The notes: a model not told the origin generated them from the letters alone. DNA of 64,000 nucleotides from Rhodanobacteraceae bacterium (GCA_035708045.1 DASSTF010000201.1:5295-69294); one strand, 5' to 3'. Counted from the first letter of the stretch, positions 1 to 10,340 are shown. A program made the numbers and translations.

Positions 1-3
1 TTG

Positions 4-1293
4 CTAGCGATTCGCAACGAGCGCGGCATCTGTCGCCGCATCGTCGGGTTCGCCACGCGAAACGACCACGGCGGCGGCGAGGTCGCCGGTCACGTTGAGT
101 GTGGTGCGGCACATGTCGAGCAGGCGGTCGACGCCGAGGATGAGGCCGATGCCTTCCGGCGGCACGCCGACCATGGCGCAGATCAGCGCGATCACCGGCA
201 GCGAACCGGCCGGCACGCCGGCGGTGCCGATGCCGCCGAGGATGCACACGAGCATCACGGTCAGCTGTTGCAGAAGACTCAATTCGATGCCGAAGAACTG
301 CGCGAGGAACAGGACGGTGACGCCTTCGAACAGCGCGGTACCGTTCTGGTTGGCCGTCGCACCGATGGTCAGCACGAAGCGCGACACGCGCGGTGGCAGT
401 TTCAGGTCTTCCTTGGCCACCTTGAGCGCGGTCGGCAGGGTCGCGTTGCTCGATGCCGTCGAGAACGCCATCACCATGGCCTCCTGCACGCCGCGGAAAA
501 AGCGCAACGGTCCCAGTTTGCCGAACAGCCACACGGCCAGCGGGTAGACCACGAACATGTGCAGCGCCATCGCCAGCAGGGCCACGCCGACGTACCCGGC
601 CAGGGTCAGGATCAGGCCCCAGCCGAACAACGCGGCAAGGTTGAACACCAGGCACGCCACTGCATAGGGCGCGAGCCGGATCACCAGATCGATCAGGGTC
701 ATCGAAACCTCGAACAGACCTTCGATCGTGGCCTTGAAATGCCGTGCCACCGGTTTGTCGGTGAGCACGATGCCGATGCCGACCATGAGGGCGAAGAACA
801 TCACCGCCAGCACGTCGTTGCCGGACGCGGCGGCAAACACGTTGCTGGGCACGATCCCGAGCAACATCTGCATGCCGCCGGGTTGTTCACTGCTCGAAGC
901 GATGATTGAGCCGGTGCGCGAGGAAGCCTGCGCCAGCAGATCGCTGGCGACGGCGGGATCGATGTTGCCGCCGGGTCGGAACAGATTGACCAGCACCACG
1001 CCGATGACGACCGCGATGGACGACACCACCACGGTATAGGCCAGCGTCTTCCAGCCGATCCGCCCGAGCGCGCGCATGCTGCCCATTTCGGCGATGCCGA
1101 CCACCAGCGCCGAGAACAGCAGCGGCAGCACCAGCATGAACAGCAGGCGCAGGAAAAGTTGCCCGGCCGGCACCGTCACCCACGTCGTCAGCCAGTCCAG
1201 CCATGGCGCGTCGCCGCCGGTGACGGCATGTACGATCAGGCCACTGGCCAGGCCGACCGCAAAGCCGATGCCCATTTTGGTATGCAGTTTCAT
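4..1293 (-). CDS. Dicarboxylate/amino acid:cation symporter (DAACS, GltP-like)
   Basis: Multi-TM protein with family motifs AFSTASSNATLP, GATANQNGTALF and GVDRLLDMCRTTLNVTGD. Start taken at MKLHTK (1293). Confidence 0.92.
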   Translation of the reverse strand: MKLHTKMGIGFAVGLASGLIVHAVTGGDAPWLDWLTTWVTVPAGQLFLRLLFMLVLPLLFSALVVGIAEMGSMRALGRIGWKTLAYTVVVSSIAVVIGVVLVNLFRPGGNIDPAVASDLLAQASSRTGSIIASSSEQPGGMQMLLGIVPSNVFAAASGNDVLAVMFFALMVGIGIVLTDKPVARHFKATIEGLFEVSMTLIDLVIRLAPYAVACLVFNLAALFGWGLILTLAGYVGVALLAMALHMFVVYPLAVWLFGKLGPLRFFRGVQEAMVMAFSTASSNATLPTALKVAKEDLKLPPRVSRFVLTIGATANQNGTALFEGVTVLFLAQFFGIELSLLQQLTVMLVCILGGIGTAGVPAGSLPVIALICAMVGVPPEGIGLILGVDRLLDMCRTTLNVTGDLAAAVVVSRGEPDDAATDAALVANR

Positions 1294-1467
1294 TGGAGTC
1301 TCCCTGGCCGTCGCGTGCCGGACGGGTTGGCTCGAATCATAAGATGAGGGAAAAATGGCAGAAAACGCAGGGCGGGTAAGCTGCCGGGGACATCTTTGAT
1401 CCGGCAATGAACCGGCCGCCTTGCCGGGACTTTGCATCAGGGTCGGAACGACCCGCCGGGCGGCCAG

Positions 1468-2271
1468 TCACATCTTCCAGACCGGTTGTCCGGTGGCGAA
1501 CCAGCGCGTGCCACGATAGCTCTCGGCCACCACCCATGTACTTGCCGCGATCAGGATGGTGATGATGAACGCGGTAGTGGCCGTCCGGCCGGTGTAAAGG
1601 TCGGGGCCCCAGTAGACGATGCCGATCGCGGCGATCATGGCGGCTTCCATGGTCGCGGCAAATCGCGGCCAGATGCCGAACAGCAAGGCCAGGGATGTGG
1701 CGATGCTGGCGGCTCCGGTCAGGCACGCCCAGGCCATGGGCCAAGGTAGTGTCTGCAGCCAGGGTTGCATGACGCCGTTACCCATGTTGACCGCATCCAC
1801 AATCACTTCCGTCCCGATCATGGGCAGCGTCAGCACCAGCAGCCAGCGCGCCGCGCGGATGCCCGAAGGCCCGACGACGAATCCGGCATGTCGCGTTTCC
1901 CGGGTTCCCGCATGCATGGCGAACAGACACCACGTGCCCGCCAGCATGATGCCGATTTCACCGATGCCGCCCCAGGCCGAAGTATCCAGCGGCGACTGGA
2001 TGACGTGGGGGATCTGCAGCAGCGCGACCCACAACACCATGAACGGAAACAGCAAGCGGCTGGCCGGTGTTGTCGTGCGCGACCACAGCAGCCCGGCGCC
2101 GGTCAGCAGTTCGATGGCGGCACAGACATGGGCAAGGAGGGTTCGTCCCGGCAGATCGGGCGGAACCTGCTGCCAGACGAGGGCGAAATCGCCGTTGACG
2201 AAGCCCGTGATACCCAGGGCGATCAAGGTGGCCGCAAACAACCAACGGCTGAGGAACAGCGTCGCATGCAT
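1468..2271 (-). CDS. DoxX-like integral membrane protein with two similar halves
   Basis: About 8 hydrophobic segments. Repeated pattern (AAIELLTGAGLL / GAASIATSLALL). GGAGG RBS before MHATLFL. Confidence 0.65.
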   Translation of the reverse strand: MHATLFLSRWLFAATLIALGITGFVNGDFALVWQQVPPDLPGRTLLAHVCAAIELLTGAGLLWSRTTTPASRLLFPFMVLWVALLQIPHVIQSPLDTSAWGGIGEIGIMLAGTWCLFAMHAGTRETRHAGFVVGPSGIRAARWLLVLTLPMIGTEVIVDAVNMGNGVMQPWLQTLPWPMAWACLTGAASIATSLALLFGIWPRFAATMEAAMIAAIGIVYWGPDLYTGRTATTAFIITILIAASTWVVAESYRGTRWFATGQPVWKM

Positions 2272-2352
2272 GTCGTTGCCTCCTGGGCCGCGGCCCATGG
2301 GTCCCGGCTCAAGAGCCGGTGCGGCGGAACTGTATCACCGTGATGCCGGCAC

Positions 2353-3975
2353 TCAATAGTGCCAGGCGTCCAGCTTTGTTCCCTTGGGCGCCTGCTGCCT
2401 TATGTAGGCGTCGATGCGCTGGATCAGATCCGCGCCGCGCGGACCCCAGCAATGCGGCGCCATCGGCTGGAACACCACGGTCGCCTTGGCTTCGGGATCG
2501 TGCGTCTTTTTCAGGAAGGCGTCCATCATGCGCACGCCCATGTTGAGGTAATAGGTGTCCATGTCGCCGACATAGATGTGCAGCTTGTCGACCAGATCGG
2601 GGCCGACTTTTGGCCAATGCGTCTTTAGGTAGTGGCGCAGGTCGTAATGTTGTTTCCAATACTCCGCCACGTTGTGATCGATGACGCCGGTGCGTTTGTT
2701 CCAGATGCGTTTCGGGTAACCATCGGAGCCTGCCGGGCCGAAGGTGGCTTCCCAGATGTCCCATTGCCCGCCTGAGCGCGAGTGGTCGCCCACGGCCAAT
2801 TCGTAGTGGTTTTCGTCCTTCATCATCGAGGTGATGTTGCCGTCGGTCTTGCGCGTGTCGGGCCGTTCCACGCGCACCCAGCCGTGCTGCTTGTAATAGG
2901 CGTTCTCGTCCTTGTAGATGTCGACGATCTGGTGGTAGCGGAAATCCAGCGAATCGGGGCACAGCGCGAAGCTTCCGCCATAGAAGGTGGGGTGGAACAC
3001 CTGCAACGCCACCGCGATCCAGCCGCCGGTCGAACCACCGGTGAGGATGCGCGCCCACGGCTTGTCGATCACGCGGAAACGCGACTCGATGGCCGGAATC
3101 AGTTCCTTGTGGATGGCATCGCCATAGGGTCCGTTGTTGGCCGAATTCACCGCGTAGGAATCGTCGTAATAGGGCGACGGATGCTGCAGCGTGACCACGA
3201 TCATGCGCGGCGTGCCGTCAGCCAACCAGTACTTGCGGAAACCGTGGCCCTTGTAGTCGAAGCCCATCGGCGCGCGCAGCGTGAAATGGCCCTCGTCGTA
3301 CACGATGGGGTAATGCGCATGCGGATGCTTGTCGTAGCCGCGTGGCAGCAGCACCGTCGCGCCGAGATAGATCGGGTGTCCCCACCACTTGCTCAGGATC
3401 GCGCTCTTGAACTTGATGTGCTTCACGTAGCGCGTGTCCGCCGGCGCCTTCACCGGCGGAATCACCTGGTCGGCCACCAGCCGGATCGGCTGGCTGGCGT
3501 GGGGATCGAAATGCACCTTCACCGGCTTGCCGTACAGATTGCCCGGCGAACGCTTCCATTGCTGTCCCTCCCAGTGGTCCATGTGCAGCCACACCGTATG
3601 CCCGTCGGCCCGCGGGAAACGGGTGTAGACGTTGACGAACGGCTGCATCCAGTAATCGCCCGCCGGCAGATCCGCCAGGCTGGCGATGGGCGCGCCGAAA
3701 TCGCCGGCGTCGATCACCGCCTCCTGGCCGGGCTCCAGCGCATGCACATCGTGACCGAACAACGGTACGCCGGTCGGCCCGGTCTGCGCGATCGGCGGTT
3801 TGTCGTTGGTGCGGCTGATGGCCACGTACACACGACCCGTGATGGGCTTGGCGTGCGCCTGCCGGGTGAAGCTGATTTCGATGCGCGGGCCGGTCGCCTT
3901 CGCGGCAAATGCCGAGGGCGTCGAAAGCGGAAGGACAAGGACGGCAAGCAGAAAAGCGGAAAGGCGTGTGCGCAT
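2353..3975 (-). CDS. Secreted alpha/beta-hydrolase (putative esterase, Fes-like C-terminal domain)
   Basis: Signal peptide MRTRLSAFLLAVLVLPLSTPSAFA. Nucleophile elbow LTGGSTGGW, ELIPAIESRFR, and a late His (MAPHCW). Confidence 0.75.
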   Translation of the reverse strand: MRTRLSAFLLAVLVLPLSTPSAFAAKATGPRIEISFTRQAHAKPITGRVYVAISRTNDKPPIAQTGPTGVPLFGHDVHALEPGQEAVIDAGDFGAPIASLADLPAGDYWMQPFVNVYTRFPRADGHTVWLHMDHWEGQQWKRSPGNLYGKPVKVHFDPHASQPIRLVADQVIPPVKAPADTRYVKHIKFKSAILSKWWGHPIYLGATVLLPRGYDKHPHAHYPIVYDEGHFTLRAPMGFDYKGHGFRKYWLADGTPRMIVVTLQHPSPYYDDSYAVNSANNGPYGDAIHKELIPAIESRFRVIDKPWARILTGGSTGGWIAVALQVFHPTFYGGSFALCPDSLDFRYHQIVDIYKDENAYYKQHGWVRVERPDTRKTDGNITSMMKDENHYELAVGDHSRSGGQWDIWEATFGPAGSDGYPKRIWNKRTGVIDHNVAEYWKQHYDLRHYLKTHWPKVGPDLVDKLHIYVGDMDTYYLNMGVRMMDAFLKKTHDPEAKATVVFQPMAPHCWGPRGADLIQRIDAYIRQQAPKGTKLDAWHY

Positions 3976-4169
3976 GGTATTCGGCTCCGCGTGGGATGTA
4001 TCCGGCAAGAGCGCGACGAAGATGCGCACGATGGAATCGCGTCTCCGCATTTTGCCCTTGCAGCTCTTGGTCGTTGCTGAAATGTTAATCAAAATAAGCG
4101 TAAAGTGATGCGGTTGTCACCTGTCCATGGATGACAAGCACATGATGATCGACCAGCAGAGGGGCTCAC

Positions 4170-4739
4170 ATGAATACGTACAAGGTCGGTTACTTTGTCG
4201 GCAGCCTCGCCAGGGCTTCCATCAACCGCAAGCTTTCGAAAGCGTTGGTCAAGCTCGCGCCACCGTCGCTGCACATGAGCGAGATTTCGTTCAAGGATCT
4301 GCCGCTGTACAGCTACGACTATGATGCGGATTTCCCGCCGGTGGCGCGCGAGTTCAAGCAGGCGATTGCCGATGTCGATGCGGTGCTGTTCGTCACGCCG
4401 GAGTACAATCGCTCGATTCCCGGCGGGCTGAAAAACGCCATCGACTGGGCCAGCCGTCCCTGGGGGCAAAACTCCTTTACCCGCAAGCCTTCGGCGATCA
4501 TCGGCGCTTCGCCCGGCGCCATCGGCACGGCCGTTGCGCAGCAGAGTCTGCGGAGCGTGCTTTGTTTCTGCAATTCGCCACTGATGAATGCCATCGAGGC
4601 TTATATCCACTTCACGCCGGATCTGATTACCGATGACGGCGAAGTCACCAACGACGGAACGACCGAATTCCTGCGCAACTACATGACGGAGTTTCATGCT
4701 TTCATCGAGCGGGTCACCATGGCATTTTCCGCCTCGTGA
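4170..4739 (+). CDS. NADPH-dependent FMN reductase (ChrR/SsuE-like)
   Basis: GSLARASIN and TPEYNRSIPGGLKNAIDWASRP motifs. Confidence 0.92.
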   Translation: MNTYKVGYFVGSLARASINRKLSKALVKLAPPSLHMSEISFKDLPLYSYDYDADFPPVAREFKQAIADVDAVLFVTPEYNRSIPGGLKNAIDWASRPWGQNSFTRKPSAIIGASPGAIGTAVAQQSLRSVLCFCNSPLMNAIEAYIHFTPDLITDDGEVTNDGTTEFLRNYMTEFHAFIERVTMAFSAS

Positions 4740-4815
4740 ACGATCATGATTCATATCCTGCTGCCGGTTCTGGGTTTGTAATCATGATGCTTTTCCAGCA
4801 CAACAGGTATCACAG

Positions 4816-5595
4816 ATGACGGATCGCATGCCGGTGGTTTTTTTCGGTCACGGCAATCCGATGAATGCCGTGAACGATACGGAGTGGTCACGCTCCTGGG
4901 CTTTGCTGGGTCAGCAGCTGCCGCGACCGCGCGCCGTGTTGTCGATTTCGGCACACTGGTTCGTGCCGGAAACGGCGGTCACCGCGATGGCGATGCCGCG
5001 CACGATCCATGATTTCGGCGGCTTTCCGCGTGAACTGTTCGAGGTGCAATATCCGGCGCCGGGCGATCCTGCGTTGGCGGCACGGGTCGAGGAGCTATTG
5101 GCGCCGGTACCGGTGCGGGCCGATCCATCGTGGGGGCTGGACCATGGCACCTGGTCGGTGCTGTGCCATGTATTTCCCGAGGCCGACGTGCCCGTGGTGC
5201 AGTTGAGCATCGACGCCACGCAAGCTCCCGAATTCCATTACGAGCTGGGCAGGCGGCTGGCGCCGCTTCGGGACGAGGGGGTTCTCGTGATCGGCAGCGG
5301 CAACGTCGTGCACAACCTGCACACCTATGCGTGGGGCAGGCATCCGGCGCAGCCGCTGGATTGGGCCGCACGCTTCGATGCCACTGTGCGCGACCTGGTG
5401 CAACAAAACGACCACCACGCCTTGGTAAATTACGCGTCATTGGGCCGCGATGCCGGCCTTTCCATTCCCACGCCGGAGCACTATCTGCCGCTGCTTTACG
5501 TCCTCGGCGCCAGCGAAAAAGGTGAAACCGCGAGCTTTCCGGCCGAAGGCATCGAGGGCGGCTCGATTTCGATGCTGTCGATCCGATTCGGATAG
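4816..5595 (+). CDS. ygiD: 4,5-DOPA extradiol dioxygenase (LigB family)
   Basis: GHGNPMNA, ISAHW, TIHDFGGFP, GLDHGTW, GSGNVVHNL and PTPEHYLPL motifs. Confidence 0.9.
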   Translation: MTDRMPVVFFGHGNPMNAVNDTEWSRSWALLGQQLPRPRAVLSISAHWFVPETAVTAMAMPRTIHDFGGFPRELFEVQYPAPGDPALAARVEELLAPVPVRADPSWGLDHGTWSVLCHVFPEADVPVVQLSIDATQAPEFHYELGRRLAPLRDEGVLVIGSGNVVHNLHTYAWGRHPAQPLDWAARFDATVRDLVQQNDHHALVNYASLGRDAGLSIPTPEHYLPLLYVLGASEKGETASFPAEGIEGGSISMLSIRFG

Positions 5596-5677
5596 AGTGA
5601 GAGCAAGCCTCAGGCTCTGACCCGCTTTGCGGAACAATTGCTATGCTTCGCCACCAGACAGCCTCTGGACGAGCAGC

Positions 5678-7435
5678 ATGCCTTCTCTTCAAATCCGCAA
5701 CGGCAAACTGGGTATTCTCAATTGTTGTGCGCTTGGCGCGATCATCCTCTTGATCGCCTTGTTGATGCTGCCGAATCTGATCTGGCTGAGCTATTCGCAA
5801 ACAGGCATGACATGGATCGCCGGCTTGATTCTACCGATCGCCCTGCTGATCGTCCTGTTTGCCTTGCTGGGGCGTCGACTATGGCTGGCATGCCTTGTGT
5901 TGTCGCCTTTCGCTTTGCTGGCACCACTGGAATGCTTCTACGTCGCCAGATATCACACTCCTTCGACGGCCGAAATCATCGCCACGCTGTACGCGACGAC
6001 CATTCCCGAGACGCGCGCGTATCTTGGCCACTTGCTGCCATACGCCGTGTTTGCCACCGTCGTCGGCCTGGTCATTGCGTTGTTGGCGACATGGTTGAGT
6101 CACCGTGCGCGGTGGAGGTGGCTTGGGCGTACGCGGCAATGGATTGGTGCATCGGCCCTGCTGATTGCCATACCGCTGGTCGCACTTTCGATCAGTTCCA
6201 TGGTGAGGATCAAGTTGCCACCCACCGTCAGCAACCCGGATGGCTCGAGGACTGATTTTGCTTTCATCGGACCGGGATATCCGTTCGGCGTGCTGGTTCG
6301 GGCGGGGCGATTCATCACGGAGTGGACGACAATGCGGTTGGATGCGCGCAGGCTGGCTTCTTTCAGCTTTCATGCGCGGCGTACCGATCTGCAACCGCAT
6401 CAGCGTCAGGTGTATGTCATGGTCATTGGCGAAAGCAGTTCGCGCGGTCATTGGCAACTTTTTGGTTACCAGCGTCGAACCAATCCCGAGCTGTCCAAAC
6501 TGTCGAACCTGATTCCCATCACGCGCATGGTCACGTCGTGGCCGGAAACCATTGCTTCCGTTCCGGTGATGCTGACACGCAAACCGATCACATCCAACAA
6601 GCCGGGCTGGCACGAGCCATCATTTCTGCCTGCCATGCAGGAGGCGGGGTATCAGACGTGGTGGATTTCCAATCAATATCCCATTGGCCGAACCAATTCA
6701 CCGGTTGCCATGTATGCCTATCAGGCGCAACACGTCCTGTGGGTCAACCACACCACGACGGCGAACGATCCACACGCCTATGATGCGGATCTGCTTGTAC
6801 CGTTGCGTAAGGCTTTGCAAAACTCCAGCCAGGACCTCTTCATCGTGCTGCACACCATGGGGAGTCATGACAATTACGACATGCGCTATCCGCCCAGGTT
6901 CGAGCACTTCAAACCGATCTTTTCCGATGATCATGGCGATGTGATCCACGGCAGTTACATTCGCAACAGCTATGACAACAGCATTCTGTACACGGATCAT
7001 GTGCTCGCGCAGATCATCCAGATGCTGAAGCAAAGCAATGCGGTGACGGCGCTGTGGTACGAGTCCGATCATGGCGAAGTGTTGCCGGCGGGCCAATGCA
7101 AAAAGGTTGGCCATGGGAACGGCACCTGGCATGAGTTCGAGATTCCGGCATTTTTCTGGTACTCCGATACCTATGCCAGGGATTTCCCCGAGCGGGTAGC
7201 CAACCTGCGGGCCAACGCCGACAAGCGCACGTTGTCAGGAGATACGTTCGAATCGCTGATCGACATGGTCGGCGTCACATTTCCCGGCCATGATGAGACA
7301 TGGAGCCTGTTCAGTCGCCGCTGGCATTATCGTACGCGCATAGTCGGCCAATTCTGGTACACGAACTTCGATGACGCCGTGGCCGTGGGGCCGTGCGGCA
7401 TGCTGAAGCCCGCAAAGCCTTCGACGAGGCCATGA
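5678..7435 (+). CDS. Phosphoethanolamine transferase (EptA/CptA/YhbX superfamily)
   Basis: N-terminal TM domain plus sulfatase-like domain: VIGESS, putative catalytic Thr in SWPETIASVP, LHTMGSH, YDNSILYTD, ESDHGE. Confidence 0.85.
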   Translation: MPSLQIRNGKLGILNCCALGAIILLIALLMLPNLIWLSYSQTGMTWIAGLILPIALLIVLFALLGRRLWLACLVLSPFALLAPLECFYVARYHTPSTAEIIATLYATTIPETRAYLGHLLPYAVFATVVGLVIALLATWLSHRARWRWLGRTRQWIGASALLIAIPLVALSISSMVRIKLPPTVSNPDGSRTDFAFIGPGYPFGVLVRAGRFITEWTTMRLDARRLASFSFHARRTDLQPHQRQVYVMVIGESSSRGHWQLFGYQRRTNPELSKLSNLIPITRMVTSWPETIASVPVMLTRKPITSNKPGWHEPSFLPAMQEAGYQTWWISNQYPIGRTNSPVAMYAYQAQHVLWVNHTTTANDPHAYDADLLVPLRKALQNSSQDLFIVLHTMGSHDNYDMRYPPRFEHFKPIFSDDHGDVIHGSYIRNSYDNSILYTDHVLAQIIQMLKQSNAVTALWYESDHGEVLPAGQCKKVGHGNGTWHEFEIPAFFWYSDTYARDFPERVANLRANADKRTLSGDTFESLIDMVGVTFPGHDETWSLFSRRWHYRTRIVGQFWYTNFDDAVAVGPCGMLKPAKPSTRP

Positions 7436-7614
7436 CGCGCAGACGTGAGAGGGAATCATGGAAAAGGTGACGGAGATCGATTGCCTTCGCTCTGTTTTCG
7501 TCGTACTTTGGCCGATACTAGGGGTGTATCGATCTTGGTCGGCTGCCTGGTTCAGTGGCTGATGCGTTGGCGGATCTGGTCAAGGGCTCGTTGGATTTGA
7601 TGGGGTGTGACAAG

Positions 7615-7998
7615 ATGAAAGCGTTGATCGTGATGGCCGTTGCGGCCGGTTTCATGGGAACCATGAGTCTGGCGCAGGCGGGCGTTCCGGCTGTGCACTC
7701 GGCGAAGGCGTCTGCCAGCAAGGTGAATGCCCAGCCTGAAACCCGGACCGCTTCCTTGAACGGTGGCCAGGATCAGCCCCAAAACACGAGCCAGGGCACG
7801 TCCAAACCCACTATCCCGGGTGCCCACGAGGCCCAGTCGGCGGCCCTCAGCGATGGTGCGCAGATGGCCATTGTGGGTGGAGCGCTTCTGGTTGTCGGCG
7901 TCGTTTTTTCGGCGACGAGCAATGGCAACAGCAGCCACTCGACCACGCCGGGTACGGGCGGCACCACGGGCAGCACCGGAACGACGGGCACGAACTGA
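7615..7998 (+). CDS. Small secreted low-complexity protein with YjbE/GfcA-like architecture
   Basis: Signal peptide MKALIVMAVAAGFMGTMSLAQA, Ser/Thr/Gln linker, hydrophobic segment AIVGGALLVVGVVFSA, Thr/Gly tail TTPGTGGTTGSTGTTGTN. Confidence 0.6.
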   Translation: MKALIVMAVAAGFMGTMSLAQAGVPAVHSAKASASKVNAQPETRTASLNGGQDQPQNTSQGTSKPTIPGAHEAQSAALSDGAQMAIVGGALLVVGVVFSATSNGNSSHSTTPGTGGTTGSTGTTGTN

Positions 7999-8149
7999 TC
8001 CGTTCTGAAATCCGGTTGGCTGGAAATTTCCATCCGCCCCGAGCGCAGACCAGACCCACAACACCGTATGAGTGATTCGCCCGGTGGGCCAAGACCCGTC
8101 CTGCGAAGCGGGGGTTGCGGTCGGGGTGCATCCGACGACGGAGCCATTG

Positions 8150-8830
8150 ATGGACTGGAACATGCTGTTGCGTTTCCCGAGCACCGTGCTGCTGATACTT
8201 GCGGCGGTGGCCTTGTTGTGGGCGCTGGTGCAATTGATCGTTACTTGGCGGCGCCTGCGTGCTCGTCGGCACATGGCAGCGGGATTCCACGGTCTGGTGT
8301 TGCTGGTGGCCTGTGCACTGGGGCTGATGCTGGCAGGGCTCGGGGCCAGTCTGCATGGCTACCGGTTTCTCAGCCAGGAACAGCAACTGGTTGCGCTTGA
8401 TGCCCAGCATCTTGCGCCCCAGCGCTGGGCAATGACGCTGACCTGGCCGGATGGCCGCACCCGGCACGTGCGTCTGGCAGGGGACGATTTCCGCATCGAG
8501 GCGGTGGTGTTGAAATGGCAGCTGCCAGCGGTGCTCGCCGGTGTGCCGCCGTTGTATCGGCTGGATCGTCTGGAAGGCCGTTACGAGGATCCGGCCCAGG
8601 AGGCCACGGCTCCGCGCACGGTCATCGATTTGCGCCATGCCGGTTACGTCGATCTGCTTGCCCTGCGTGAAAAATACACGCGCTGGCTGTTTCAGGTGGA
8701 TACCGTGTATGGCAGCGGTGCCTATCTGCCGCTGGTACAGGACGGTCACTACACGGTCAGCCTGATGCGTACCGGGGCACTGGTGGCTCGCCCCGATCCG
8801 GAAACCGTGGAGCGTATCAGCCGCAGGTGA
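8150..8830 (+). CDS. Conserved hypothetical membrane protein
   Basis: Two N-terminal TM helices followed by a soluble domain (LYRLDRLEGRY, VDTVYGSGAYLP). GGAG RBS. Confidence 0.65.
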   Translation: MDWNMLLRFPSTVLLILAAVALLWALVQLIVTWRRLRARRHMAAGFHGLVLLVACALGLMLAGLGASLHGYRFLSQEQQLVALDAQHLAPQRWAMTLTWPDGRTRHVRLAGDDFRIEAVVLKWQLPAVLAGVPPLYRLDRLEGRYEDPAQEATAPRTVIDLRHAGYVDLLALREKYTRWLFQVDTVYGSGAYLPLVQDGHYTVSLMRTGALVARPDPETVERISRR

Positions 8831-8832
8831 AT

Positions 8833-9258
8833 CTACCGGCAGGACAGGGCGTTCCGGAGGTGAGCACGGATGTCCGTCAATGCCTGCGGCGCGTAAGGCT
8901 CGGCCTTGCCGGCGCCCCAGACAGGACCAGGCCAGGCGGCGTCGGTTTCGCGCCTTGCGATCACGTGCACGTGGAGTTGACGCACGATATTGCCAAGCGC
9001 GCCCACGTTGAGCTTGTCCAGTGGGGTGGCCGCGCGCAAGGCGGCCATGGCCTGATCGACTTCACGCCATAGTGCTTCCCGATCGACAGGAATCAGCCGA
9101 TCGATTTCGGTGACACCGTGGCGTCGTGGTACGAGGATCAGCCATGGAAACCGGCTGTCGTTCATCAGGCACAACCGGCACAGCGGCAAGTCGGTCAGCA
9201 CGACGGTGTCGGCTGCAAGGCGCGGATCCAGCGAAAAGCCGGTGTCGGCTGTGTTCAT
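8833..9258 (-). CDS. HIT-family protein
   Basis: LMNDSRFPWLILVPR and GNIVRQLHVHVIAR (HIT motif variant). Confidence 0.88.
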   Translation of the reverse strand: MNTADTGFSLDPRLAADTVVLTDLPLCRLCLMNDSRFPWLILVPRRHGVTEIDRLIPVDREALWREVDQAMAALRAATPLDKLNVGALGNIVRQLHVHVIARRETDAAWPGPVWGAGKAEPYAPQALTDIRAHLRNALSCR

Positions 9259-9332
9259 GCGATGGCGCTCAGGGTGGATGTCGGCATGATCTTACTACCG
9301 GGACAAGCGTGCCCCGACGGCGGCAAGAAGAT

Positions 9333-10340
9333 TTACAGGTAGTAGTCCTTGTACCAGCGAACGAACCTCGGAACGCCTTCATCCACGGATACGCGCGGCC
9401 TGTAACCGACGGCCTGCCTCAATTGCGTCATGTCGGCTTCGGTGTCGGGCACGTCGCCCGGCTGCAACGGCAGCATCTCCATCTTTGCCTTTTTGCCGAG
9501 GCAGTTTTCCAGCACCTCGATGTAGCGCAGCAGCTCCACCGTTTGTTCCTGGCCGATGTTGAAGATGCGGTAGGGCGCAACACCGCTGCTGCCGGGATCC
9601 GGCGCCAGGCCGTCCCATGCCGGATCCACGGTCGGAACCTTGTCCAGCACGCGGATGACGCCTTCGACAATGTCGTCGATGTACGTGAAACTGCGCCGAT
9701 GATGGCCGTGGTTGAACACCTTGATCGGCTCTCCGGCAAGGATCGCCCTGGTGAAGAGGAACAGCGCCATGTCCGGCCGGCCCCAGGGGCCGTAGACGGT
9801 AAAGAAGCGCAGGCCGGTGCAGGCAAAACCGTACAGGTGCGCGTAGGCGTGCGCCATGGCTTCGTCGGCTTTCTTGGTGGCGGCATAAATTGTCAGCGGG
9901 TGTCCGGCGGGCTGATGTTCGGAGAAGGGCATGGCGAGATTCGCGCCGTAGATGGAACTGGTGGAGGCAAAAACCAGATGTTCCACGTCGTGATGGCGAC
10001 AACCTTCCAGTATGTGCAGAAAACCGACAACGTTGCTTGAGACGTAGGCATGCGGGTTCTTCGCGGCATAACGCACGCCGGCCTGTGCGGCCAGGTTGAT
10101 CACGCGTTGCGGCTTGTGGGTGGCGAAGGTGCTCTCGATGGCGGCGCGGTCGGCCAGATCCGCATGGACATGGGTATAGCCGGCATGGTCGGCGAAGCGC
10201 GCCAGTCGTGCCTTCTTCAGATGGACGTCGTAGTAGTCGTTGAGGTTGTCGATGCCGACGACCTCGTCGCCGCGCTCCAGCAGTCGGAGCGCGACGTGCG
10301 AGCCGATGAAACCGGCGGTTCCCGTGACCAGTATTTTCAT
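9333..10340 (-). CDS. NAD-dependent epimerase, UDP-glucuronate 4-epimerase-like (extended SDR)
   Basis: VTGTAGFIG, LAAQAGVRY, YAATKK and LRFFTVYGPWGRPDMA motifs. Confidence 0.92.
   Translation of the reverse strand: MKILVTGTAGFIGSHVALRLLERGDEVVGIDNLNDYYDVHLKKARLARFADHAGYTHVHADLADRAAIESTFATHKPQRVINLAAQAGVRYAAKNPHAYVSSNVVGFLHILEGCRHHDVEHLVFASTSSIYGANLAMPFSEHQPAGHPLTIYAATKKADEAMAHAYAHLYGFACTGLRFFTVYGPWGRPDMALFLFTRAILAGEPIKVFNHGHHRRSFTYIDDIVEGVIRVLDKVPTVDPAWDGLAPDPGSSGVAPYRIFNIGQEQTVELLRYIEVLENCLGKKAKMEMLPLQPGDVPDTEADMTQLRQAVGYRPRVSVDEGVPRFVRWYKDYYL

Noticed and set aside
7615-7998. Non-canonical exosortase substrate
   Set aside because: There is no PEP-like motif before the hydrophobic helix and no basic cluster after it; the tail is Thr/Gly.
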